DNA of 58,174 nucleotides, counting the filler, from Sphacelaria rigidula (Eukaryota), in the NCBI GenBank assembly GCA_964200075.2. It is 9 parts of 9 records of this genome, joined end to end, with 100 filler letters (N's around TTAATTAATTAA, not from the genome) between each part and the next. Parts side by side here need not be neighbours in the genome. Positions count along the whole stretch, not along the records: positions 45,327 to 51,700 come from CAXNAA020020458.1; positions 51,801 to 58,174 come from CAXNAA020020459.1; 7 more parts are not named here. One strand, 5' to 3'. The stretch's first letter is position 1; each line of letters opens with the position of its first letter. Below are positions 47,621 through 58,174 of the stretch, one piece after another. The notes under the pieces were generated by a model. It made no database searches, was not told where the DNA came from, and was given only the letters and a program-made list of their open reading frames with translations. The translations under genes and the position numbers were made by a program.

Positions 47621-48256
47621 CCGTTTTTTATGGCAACGAATCCGTATTTGTACAAATATGAGGATTTCAGCCCGTCTACAGGCGATTTTCTCCCGTGGGA
47701 GTCTCTTGGGTAATGTTTTACAGCTATGATAGCTGTAAGGAAACCAAATCAATTTTCCGATTCTCTGGACTTTGACCTTGGCTGATCTCCTTTCCACTCA
47801 GATCGGGAAACTCCCACATCTCGCCCAAATCGGGGGGGGGGGGGGGGGGGGGGGGGAAAGCGGGGAGAGAGGGGGAGGTGTCAGGGGCGGAGGGAAAGAG
47901 GAAAAAACAAAAAAAGAAGAAGAAGAGAAAGGAANNNNNNNNNNAGCCCTTCGCGCCTCCTGCGTCCGCGACGCCGGCGGCGCGGGGGCGGGGGGGGGGG
48001 GGCGGTGCGGGGGCGCCGGGCGTGGCAAATCGGGAGAGATGCGAGAGTGTACTGATCTGAGCAGAAAGGTGATCAACCAAAATTCAAAGTCCAGAGAATC
48101 GGAAAATTGATCTAGTATCCTCACAGCTATCATGGCCGAAAAACGTTGCTCAACGGACTGGGATCCACAAAAACAATCCACGGGAGAAAATCGCCGGTTG
48201 ACGGGCCGAAATCCTGAAATTTGTACAAATACGGATTGGTTGCCATAAAAAGATGG
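47621..48256. mobile_element. Non-autonomous DNA transposon with ~210-bp inverted arms (Tc1/mariner/pogo-like)
   Basis: CCGTTTTTTATGGCAACGAATCCGTATTTGTACAAAT / ATTTGTACAAATACGGATTGGTTGCCATAAAAAGATGG, followed by TA; G-rich centre with a scaffold gap. Confidence 0.7.
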
Positions 48257-48383
48257 TATTCACGATGTATCGTTGGAGAGGTCGAAGATCGCGGAAAGAG
48301 CTGTCGGTAGGGCCGCTTCGACAAGGCAGACCCTTGTGTCTCGATAAAATCTGGTCTACATGCAAAATATTATACAGTAGGGG

Positions 48384-48690
48384 TGTGTGTGTTGTCGTCC
48401 CTTCTCTTCTGGACGCCGGTCTATATCTTTCGGTATATGTGGGCGCATCAGCTGGGGTCACAGAGGAGGAAGGTCAACACGTGAGCTTCTTTTTTTTTTA
48501 GTACCCCACCTTCCTTCTGCGGTACTTGCCTTTNNNNNNNNNNTTGCTGTATTTGCTTTTTTTTTTTTTATCGCGTTAGGGTTTTTGCATTTCTTTTTCT
48601 TCGTCGTTTGTTTAGTCGAATTTTGTGTACCCACGACATAGTCGCTCTCCACAGTTGGGCATGTTGTGAGAAAAAATCCCAGTGTGATGA
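48384..48690 (-). mobile_element. SINE family B lacking the tRNA head
   Basis: Body matches 2355-2640; contains a 10-N gap. Confidence 0.7.
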
Positions 48691-49253
48691 TAACATTGGA
48701 TGTTGTGGTGCTGTGACAAGCGGAGGAAATCCGAGAAAAAAAATCCCAAGATCCATCTTCGATGACGCTGTTATAACGTTCAATGGTGGCCGGGATATGT
48801 CTCACGGCTGGCTCAAACTTTCACTCTTAGACCGCGATGCGGGTAGTCCAACTGGATCAAGCATACTTTTTCAAGTGAACTTGATGCCGATTCAGCAGGT
48901 GACCCACCCTTGCGGTCAAAGGGTTAATACTTTTGACAGGTGCACCATTTAGAACGAAAAATCCTTCACCACCGAGCATTTTACACGGACCCGTCTGTAA
49001 TTGGAAAACCGTTTCAAGCCGCATACACTAACAAGGTTGACATTCGCAGTACAGTACCCTCTCTGCCGCGAGGACAACGCTTAGAATCACATGGAAAGGT
49101 TACCGTACTGACTGCACTTCGATTTTTTTTAGTTCATGTAATGAAGGTGTTCTGCAACCTTTGATACCCCCGAAGTAAATTTCTGTCTGTAGTACTGATG
49201 ATCAACACTCTTTGTGTAGTCCTGTGCCGTGAAATCTGCATGCCGCGTCTCAC

Positions 49254-49847
49254 CTGTTTCTCCAGCTGAACATACGCTTGCATCGCGACGCCTGACTCTT
49301 GTCCAGACACCACTTGCTCTTCCTTTGCCCCCGCCGCGGCTACCACTTTCAGGCCGTCTACAAATTGATACCCAAATGGATTAAGGTTGCTGTTGTCGTT
49401 CGCTGCAGCACCTTGTGCTGTATCGACCTCGCTAGGAGCATCACCGCCAGCATCGGATTTTGGTGCTGAAGCGTCTGCTCTTCGGTCCCTCCTTTTGACC
49501 GTCGTGTCTCCGGGTTCGTCGCCATAATTACTATCGTGGAATACAAAGAAGATGCCCACGTCGTAGTAACCCCCGTCGTACGCCCGCATGCCATAGCAAC
49601 ACCTAACGTCATCATCACAGTATCGTTGCTCGTGTTGTTGCTGTGGAGCGTTTACCCCTTGTACTGCTTGTAAATCTCCAGGTGCTTCTTGAGCGACGGT
49701 AGATGTACTCGAAGCGGGTGACAGAGGCGGCGCGGCTGGCTTTGGGGAAGGAGGAGATTTACCTGTAGAGGATTCGGAGGTGGATCTTGCCGTTGTCATT
49801 GCTGCTGGTGGTGGCGATGCCGATGATTTAGGCGGTGGATCATCCAT
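49254..49847 (-). CDS. Probable first coding exon of an unknown gene (MDDPPPK…YVQLEKQ)
   Basis: 198 open codons from ATG to CAG|GTGAGA donor; Ser/Pro-rich N-terminus then an ordered-looking segment YGMRAYDGGYYDVGIFFVFHD. Confidence 0.6.
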
Positions 49848-51631
49848 CCTTGCTTGTTGTCGCGCTTGAGCGTACGGTGTTAACGTGCACACGGAGCTTC
49901 TAGCTCTTGCTTTTCGCACAACGTACCAGAATGTACCGCGTACAAAAGAGTTCATATTTTATCACCACAGATCCCCAGTTTGTGAAAATTACTTGAATAT
50001 AGTAAGACTTCCACGCAGAAGGTATATGGAATGATCAGACATCGACGACTCGTGACTCATATAATCTAGTAGATAACCTGGTGATGGGATCAATTCGAGA
50101 GAAACAAAGTAAAACAAACGAAAAATTCCTTTTTAAATTACAGTTATTACTCTATTTACTACATTAAATAACTGTTTCTCCATCCGAAATATAGTATACT
50201 GTACTTGTATTATCTCTGTACTTGGTAGCTTATGCGGACGCCTTCCTCGGTCACAGGCGAATAAACACCTTAAATAAGATATAAAAAATAAAATAATGAT
50301 GATAATAATTATTTGATCTCATCAGAAAGAATAAAACATACGCGACAGAAATTTGAATTTGTAAAAATAGATATTGCTATCCTCTGGTAAATAATGACCG
50401 AATTGTAGGTGTACGATCCCGGGTTACCCGCTCTCGAGGTACAGGAGAGGGCTGATAGCTGATAGCGAGGGGGGCAAATGACCGCATTCGAGCGGTACAG
50501 TATGACAATGGAACCAAGGCCGGACGATGGATGTCACCTCATATCGGAAAATTATGCATACGCCTTGCAGCTCATTCTGGGTTTCGCTGCGCTCGCAGGA
50601 CTCGTGGTGAGTAGATCAGACGCACACCTGGTTTTGAGCTCTCGGTGTAAAGTATGATCTTAAACATAAACCACACTCCATATGGTTGTTCACGTGAAAT
50701 GTGTCTTATATTTAGAACCATAATGAAGCTTTTTCACTGAGAACTTTCGCTACATCCGCCCACCCAGACAACCGTGACCCCAGTCAGCGAATCGGCACAA
50801 ATTATAGCAGTGTGCTGTACTGCACGTCCCAGGAGACCACATGCTTTTTTATAACCCCCTCATATGTGTCACCAACTCTCCTCTCTCGTTCGCGAGGAAG
50901 GTTTGTTGCGCAACTTGTATCCATGCAGTATGGTTTTTGCGCAATTGCCTCGCGATTGCATACATAATTTGCCTCGCGATTGCATACAGACAACAGTACA
51001 AAGTACTCAAGTATGGTATATTGCGTCCCCACCGGAATACGTGTTGCATGTGAAGCTGTTCGGGCACCCAGTGTGGTGAAAACTCCGTCCGTGACTACGT
51101 GCTGTCGCGTTCGATATGTGCCCGCTAGAAAACTATGAGTTTATGTTCCATGTGCAAATCGACACTTGTGTTTGCCGTTACTGTTTCTGCTGTTTCCTCT
51201 GCCGTTTGGTGTGGAAACGCCACGCAAAGTACAGTGCTGGGAAGGGGGAGGGTGGAAAGGCGTTACAGAAAACATCGGTTGATTTGATCTCATCGATTGT
51301 TGTATTTCACTGAAGTCGTTCCACCAGGGATCCAGCCGTGGCTGTATGATGGACGTACCCTTAGGGTATGACAAAAAGTGCTAGGGGTGGATAGGTTTTT
51401 GGCTGTCTTTATATAGGAGGAAATCGGTTGGGGTTGGGATAGGCTGGGATAGGCTGATTTGTTGATTTTGACAAACGGGTCTGATGGAAGGGTTGGGATG
51501 ACATTGGGTTGATTATTGGGCGTTTTTGGTTGTTTGAGAGGTTTCGGCCAAAGACAAGAGGAAGAAAATACGGGTTGAGTGGTGTTTGGTTTTTGGTTGG
51601 AGTGGATGAGCTGGGATGGGTTTTCGGTTGT

Positions 51632-51632
51632 C

Positions 51633-51698
<66 letters not shown>
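51632..51698. repeat. (ATT)n microsatellite at contig end
   Basis: Direct reading. Confidence 0.95.
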
Positions 51699-51700
51699 CA

Positions 51701-51800
51701 NNNNNNNNNNNNNNNNNNNNNNNNNNNNNNNNNNNNNNNNNNNNTTAATTAATTAANNNNNNNNNNNNNNNNNNNNNNNNNNNNNNNNNNNNNNNNNNNN
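51701..51800. other. Artificial contig spacer
   Basis: N44-TTAATTAATTAA-N44. Confidence 0.99.
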
Positions 51801-52357
51801 CCCCCCCTTCTCCCTCCCTCTCCCCCTCTCCCCGCCACTGCCGTGCCTCCTCGCTGTTTCTGCGAACAAACTCAAAATATACCCCCGTGTCTCCTTCCTT
51901 ATGCCCTTCCTGTCGAGGACGCGTGATGAACAGTGTGACAGCCTAAGTGTGCAGGACATGACCGCACCTTCCCCCTCCCCTCCCCTCTAGACTTGTGGGT
52001 TGTCGTCTAGTGGCAACGGCGGTGTAAAACAAGCCACCAGAACCTGAACATATAAAAGGTGTACAGTCACCGTATATGTACCAGAGACCGCTACTAGTCA
52101 AATATAATTTCCCGGACCAGCAGATACACTCGAGATGCAACAGCCCAAAGAACTAATTTTGTTTCTCCACAGTAAGACACACACTGGATATGCACATGAG
52201 ATGACGGATCTTACCATTTTTTTGTAGTTATTTATTTTTTTCTATTATTTTACTTCCTCCTTCTCGTTCTCTCTTCCCCTTGTTTTTCTATTTATGTGCG
52301 TTTCTTTTTTCCTTTCTGCACCATTTTTTGTTCACCGTACTACTGTTGTTTTTCACC

Positions 52358-52930
52358 GTTACCAAAGCACAGCCTGGACATCGACAGGAAATAACGAAGC
52401 TGATCCTTTTCTTTAACCTACCGTAACACAGCCTGGACGTGAATACAGAAAGTCGAAGCCAACCTGTTTTCTTTCACCTCCCAGAACACAGCTCGGACAA
52501 AGACATGAAGTAAAGAGGCTGACCATCCTTTTTCTTTAAACCAACCAGAACACAGCCCGGATATAGACATTGAATAACGAAGCTCACCACTTTTTTTCAA
52601 GCTACCAGAACACAGTCCGGACATGAACATGAAGTAACGAATCTAATTATTTTTATTTCGTTAACCTACCATAACACAGCCCGGATGTAGACATGGAATA
52701 ACAAAACTAACCATCATTTTGTTGTCCTTCTATGAAGCAACCCCGACATAGACATGAAACGACGAAGTTGACAATTTCCTTGAACCTCAACGCAGCCCGG
52801 ACATAGACATGAAACAGCGACCACTTTCTTCGTTAACCTACCAGAACACAGCCCGGAAATATGCAAGGAGCAAATAATCTAACTATCCTTTTCTTTGAAT
52901 TAACCGCAACACAGACCGGATAGAAATGCG
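52358..52930. repeat. ~60-bp minisatellite (~10 units)
   Basis: ACCAGAACACAGCCCGGACATAGACATGAA..AACGAAGCT..T-rich unit repeated. Confidence 0.85.
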
Positions 52931-52998
52931 ATATAGCAGACAGATAATATTTCTCTTTCCCCATATCAAAACGGAGGAAAATCGAACTTGTTCCCCCT

Positions 52999-53253
52999 AT
53001 ATGACACTTTCTACGATAGCCCGCCCCCCAAAAATGCATGGGTTTCGGAGGCAAAATCTTCACGTAAATCGAAATGGGAAAAGCCGAGGACAACGAGAAG
53101 CTGGGCATTCCCACGCTTGGGTTCGTTCTAGCCAATGTCGCCAAGATGAGGCGCTTCATGCAGCCTGAACCCGAACATTAGGCGCTGTATGGTCAACTTT
53201 TTCGTGGCACTTTGAGCTGGCTTTGGGGGGGGCTATCGTAGAAAGTGTCATAT
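52999..53253. mobile_element. MITE with 24-bp perfect inverted ends
   Basis: ATATGACACTTTCTACGATAGCCC / GGGCTATCGTAGAAAGTGTCATAT. Confidence 0.75.
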
Positions 53254-54591
53254 CGTAACAAAGGTAAGGCGTATAACGACACCAAACCCAAACTTGCAAA
53301 TCGGTAGTACAAAAGATATAACGATACAGATATAATAGGGCCAACCCCACAAGTGAAATTCACATGAAGGTTGGGCCTCATGGTGAGATACCCGGGAGAC
53401 TGTACCGATTTCCAGTGGGCGGTGGAAATCTGGTAAGTCATTCCCCTGAAATTTCGGACAATAGGTGCACGGGCGTCAAATGAAGGAGAGGGGTGGATAA
53501 GACATAACGCATACGTCAAGACTTCCCGCATCTATGAGACAAACACATGGACAGCGAGAAGGAGCACCAAGCGGTACGTGACCATCTTGAGATCTCGAAC
53601 GATAGAAGCCCGTTCAAAGGGTGGGGGAATCGTTGGCCAAGCTTTCGGAAGATCTACTCGGGAGCATTAGTGGAGTAGCGACCCATGGTGAACCGTACAC
53701 GGAGTGGGAGGTAGTGATGATGTACTGGGCATCTCAATGTGTTGGTAAGGCCTTGTGTTTTGCAGCCGCTCTTGAACCTTACACGGTGAAAATGATTCCC
53801 CGGGAGGAAAGCAAGCAGTATAGCAGTAGCGCAAAAAGTTAGAAGATACGATCGTGGGACGCCTGGATGGTTCACCATGCAGATCGCCTGGCACAAACGT
53901 GGGGTACTTGTGTCCATGGTGTGGAACTTGGCTTTAGGCTAGTGGAGGCATTATTTACTGTTGGTGAGTCAGCAAATGAAAGACACCAGACCCCCAACAA
54001 GTACTACGATGGGGATATCCCATTACATTGACGGGATCTCACCGTAATAACCAAAACGAGCGAGCTGGAGACACCCTCGAAGGAGATCGAGAGAAAGACG
54101 GTAAGGAACGTTGGATAGAAAAGTAAAAGGCGGGAGGGTAAAGTACTAGTAGTGCTGGTATTTGGAGTCCGTAGCGACATGACGAGAATGGAGGTTTGAA
54201 GGAAATACGATGGCGTAGGACTACACTGTTTCACAATAGGAAAAGTAGAAAGGGAGGGAGGACACTTCCGAGTCACGCTAAACCAGAGCGCCGGTAAGGA
54301 GTGGGAAACTATAGGAACAAGTAAAGTGTCGGCATGGGTTAGAAAGGCAGGATGGAAAACACACATAGCCAATGCAACAGCGAATCTAAGACGTAGTCCG
54401 TAGGTGAACGAAGAAACAGAGAAGCAGCAACAAGTAAGAGCCCGAATCGGAAAGGGGAAGGCAATCGCGGCCCGAAGTAAATAGACGAAGAGCAAACCGG
54501 AAACGGGAAGAAAACTCGAGCAAAAGGGAAAAAATAAGTAATCACGACGGAGAGAACAACAGACGGAAGGGGAGTGAAAAACGATTCGAAA

Positions 54592-57203
54592 AGGAAGTTG
54601 AGAGTAGGATTGTGGAACGTGTGTGGATTGGTCACGGACAAATGTAAAATAATTGAGATAGCCGAACAAGCACAGTAGGGATCCAAGAGTCATGGGAGAA
54701 GGAGAAGGCGGAGATAGGATGCAGAGGTGGAGAGTACGCATGGATAGGGGAAAAGTAAAAGAGACAAAACCCCAAGAACGGGGAAGCAGGGGAAGTAGGA
54801 TTCTTGGTCAAGGAATATTTGTGTGACACCATAGAAGTGATCAAAGACACAAAAATCGACGAGATCATATCGATACGGGTATCCGGGGAACAGGGAACGA
54901 AATATGTTTTCGTAGGGAACATCTATATGCCCCCAGAATCAAAGAGTACGGTAAACGATATACAGAGGAGGTCTGAAGAGATAGTAGCAGATGTTCACAA
55001 GTATAAAAGGCAAGGAGGAGCAATGTTAGCAGGCGATTTTAATGCAAGGGTTGGAAAAGAGGTGAATACGCTGAGCAATAGAGCACAAGAGCAAGAGGTG
55101 CAGTGGACATGGTCAAGAAACTGTGAAGACAAGGAAAAACGCTCCATTCTTGACTATATTAGTAGAGTATGGAATAAGTGAGGGAATGGAGGTACATGTA
55201 TACGCAGAAGACGTGGGAGCTATGGATCATTGCCTAATATGGACAGAAAGTTAACAGACGAGAGCTAAAAAAAAAGGCGGGGCAGAAAGTCGTACAAACG
55301 AGGAATATTAGAACTAGAAATTCAAGAATTACAGCAAGAATTTCAAGAAGAGGTGACGAAAGATGCGGTCGATTTTTGTGAACCATTGAAAAGCGTAGGT
55401 ACAGTTGGTACCGAAGTAGAAATAGATCGGGCAGGAGCGGAGATTATAGAAGGATGGGAGCGGTTGTTCAAGGCCACAGCAAGTAAAGTCATGGGCGATA
55501 AACTAATCGTATGCAACAGAGCAGTAAAAGGGTGGGATGAGGAAGTAAAAGAGTCTGAGCGAATAAAGAGAGAGGATCACGCAAGATATACATCAAGTGA
55601 AGCTACGGTAAGATGGGAAGAGTATGGTAAAGCTCGACAGGAGATAAAAAATGCGGTAGAGAAGGGAAATAAGGGGACATGGAAAGAAGATTTAGTGCGT
55701 GAAGCAATGAAGATTTCGATGTCGGCATGAAACAAATGTGGGCAGGAATAAAAAGGACAAAAGGGGAGCAGGCAGGAGAGATAGACAAGGGGATAGTTAC
55801 GCTGGAGCACAAAACGGTAAAATGATTATAATAGTGGTACGAAGGGGAAAAGAGAAGTACTAGCAGAGGACGACAAAAAACTAGGGACACCAACAGCTCA
55901 CCAGAGGTTCGACGCGAAGTTCGAGAAACAAATCAACGTGTGGGCAGAGGCGATTTAATGTAAAGGCACAAAGCGTGAAGATAGCGGCCCAAAATAATTG
56001 CCGAAACATTTCACCAGAGATGAAGTATAGGAGTGTGTACCTAAAGTCAAGAACAGGAAGGCAGCAAGGGCAGACGAATAGTGAACGAATTTCGAAAGCG
56101 TGGGGGAGAGGGAATGGTCACCACGTCGGTTATGCTGTATCAACAGGTGTGGAAAAAGGGGTATACACCCCATTGGTGGAGAGAATGAGTAGTAGTAAAC
56201 TTTTTCAAGGAAGGAGACAAGGCTGGCCCAGGGAATCATCGAGGGATAACGCTACTGAGCACCACAGAACATACAACTTGTAAGACTCTGAAAGATAAAG
56301 TGGGAACAATGCTAGATGAAGGAGATAAAACAAGCAAGAGGCAAGCGTTTTTCGACCAGAACGTGGCTGCGTAGACCATGTGTACACACTAGATACGCTT
56401 ATTCAAGGTAGGAAAGGCGCCGGGCTAGCAACGTCCTGCTCCTGTCTAGACGTACTGGAGGCCTATGGCAGTATGGAGAATTGGGCTGTGGAAAAAGAAG
56501 ACGGAGACAGTACAGATCATATGACTGCAGCTAAGGAAATACTTGAATGCTCAAAAATGACGAGTAATACAGCATTGAGAGCAGGCTTTGGAATGGATCT
56601 GCTTTGAACAAATGGAGATGAGAGATGAATGAAATGACAAGATATTGTAGTGTAAAGAACATGCAGAGGAGGAGATTGCCAGCCATAGTTGATAGGTCAA
56701 TATTGAAGGAAGTGTCGAAAGGGCAGGCTGAAACACGGTGGGTTAACGTAGTGGAGAAAGTACCGAAGGACATGAGAGGAAACCAAGACGAGGTCAGAAG
56801 AAAAGGCATACCAGTAGTTGAGTGGAGGAGGCAGAAGATGCACAAAATTGTCCCTGTGGCGAAGCAAGCGGGTAGAACTCAAATAGTGACAGAATGTGAA
56901 CTAAACAAGGAGGAACGGGACTGGTTAGAGCGGGAAATGTCGGAGGTAAACGAAGGTGGCATCGAATCGTTTGATGCATTAGACCGTAGCGAGAAAACGA
57001 TAGCTATACCAGGGACGTATATGGTAGCCACAGACGGCGAAACAGGACGGGATAAGATGTGTAGATGGGGTTTGTGTAGTGTACGGAAGAAACGTGATGC
57101 GCGCCGAAATGTTGGAGGGTTTTCCAGTAGGAGTAAGAATGGTTCTCGGTCTCGAAAGGGATGCGTGGTGAACGGTCAAACGACTACGGCAAGCAACAAA
57201 TGA
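54592..57203 (+). mobile_element. Degenerate LINE ORF2 (APE endonuclease + reverse transcriptase, internal RT deletion)
   Basis: APE motifs LRVGLWNVCGL, IQESW, NIYMPP, AGDFNARVG, ILDYI, DH; RT motifs PGNHRGITLLS, FRPERGCVDHVYTL, LDVLEAY; YADD region missing; many stops. The element may extend upstream to ~54000. Confidence 0.9.
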
Positions 57204-57286
57204 GAACGTCCCCGTTTCCCCCCACACACCCTTGCGCACGGCACTTCCTCCGTGCGTTTGCCCTCCGTCTTGTATCTCGATGACAG

Positions 57287-57676
57287 GGTACGAAAGCCAA
57301 TCAGGTCAAGTGTGAGATACACCCAGGCAGCATGAAGCTCACGGTGGAAGGAATCGGGGTGATCACAGAAGGAATTTTCGAGGGCAAAGTGAGTTTGGAC
57401 GGCTGCTACTGGATCATGACGGATCTATCTCTCGACCCGCCGCCCGCTGCAACGTCCCAGCAGCAGGGGTATGTCAACCGTCCGGCAACTACGGCAACGA
57501 CACAGGAAGAGGAAATGCGACGGGGCCCCGTTGCCCGGGGAGACACCTGTGTGCAGGTGTTCCTGGAAAAGCGGAAGCCGTTCGATACGCTTTGGTCAGA
57601 TGTGTTCGTCGAAAGCGAGAAGGACGCTGTAGTAGGTGCAGGAGACAGTGAACGCAGTAGTAGCGGGGTGCCGTAG
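57287..57676 (+). CDS. Terminal exon encoding a NudC-like CS (p23/HSP20-like) domain
   Basis: GACAG acceptor; GTKANQVKCEIHPGSMKLTVEG...EGIFEGKVSLDGCYWIM...VQVFLEK...LWSDVF matches the NudC CS pattern; ends at TAG. Confidence 0.75.
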   Translation, partial: GTKANQVKCEIHPGSMKLTVEGIGVITEGIFEGKVSLDGCYWIMTDLSLDPPPAATSQQQGYVNRPATTATTQEEEMRRGPVARGDTCVQVFLEKRKPFDTLWSDVFVESEKDAVVGAGDSERSSSGVP

Positions 57677-58174
57677 GAAGCGGAGTATGATACCTCACGG
57701 TTGATCATTTTTCCGATCGGAGTCTTCTCGGGAGGAACAATTCTGTTGCGAAAAGTACTGTTTTTTTTGTCAAGATAAATGTCGACGAATCGCCCATACT
57801 AGACAACGAAGCTTTGGTTGCTGTAGGTTTCGACAACATGGAGGTTTCAAAACATGTCCCCCCGGTCATCATGCGCTAGTAGTGTAAGTGCCGATTCGGG
57901 AAGAGAGGTGGGTGTACGGGACGCGGAGATGACTTTTGTCGAGGAAAAAAGAGGAAGAAGAACGAGAGACGACCATAATGAAGACACGCGATGGTCAAAT
58001 ACAACTCGATTTTTTGTTTTTTGTTGTCCCGTTCATGCAATCATTCAAGCACCCGAGAGATAGTTCCCCAGGAAGTCGTTTGTCCGTACCGTGAGTTTAG
58101 ACTACTACAATATCCCCCCCCCCCCCCCCCCCCCAACACAAACTTCACAACAACCGGGAAAGTTGCGCATCGCA

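Noticed and set aside
52358..52930. CRISPR array
   Set aside because: The variable parts resemble one another, repeats are degenerate, there are no cas genes and the context is eukaryotic: a minisatellite.
54004..54741. 245-aa hydrophobic ORF on the minus strand
   Set aside because: Antisense of purine-rich LINE sequence.

Overview
This window is not one locus. It is nine unrelated short contigs (6376, 6x6375 and 2x6374 bp, in descending length order) joined by 100-bp N44-TTAATTAATTAA-N44 spacers, so nothing can be inferred across spacers. The DNA is intron-rich, repeat-rich eukaryotic nuclear sequence; short GT-AG exons, C-rich acceptor tracts and gene content suggest a brown alga or related stramenopile (inference). 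Recognisable coding pieces: a probable alphaproteobacterial-type MinC N-terminal exon, a CLC-channel CBS exon, a WWE-domain exon, three exons of an alpha/beta hydrolase, five exons of a YHYH-family protein (motif YHHH here) and a NudC-like CS-domain terminal exon. The rest is mostly mobile DNA: two tRNA-derived SINE families, hAT, Tc1/mariner-like and piggyBac-like MITEs, an APE-RT LINE family whose copies sit in poly(C) tracts, a cluster of Gypsy fragments (one with a chromodomain), foldbacks and minisatellites. Best leads: the MinC-like exon, a ~460-bp imperfect hairpin overlapping an orphan ORF, and apparent poly(C) targeting by the LINE. No CRISPR, rRNA, bona fide tRNA or multi-gene system is supported. 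Most ORFs in the six-frame track are spurious. All protein calls are by-eye motif recognition, not database searches.
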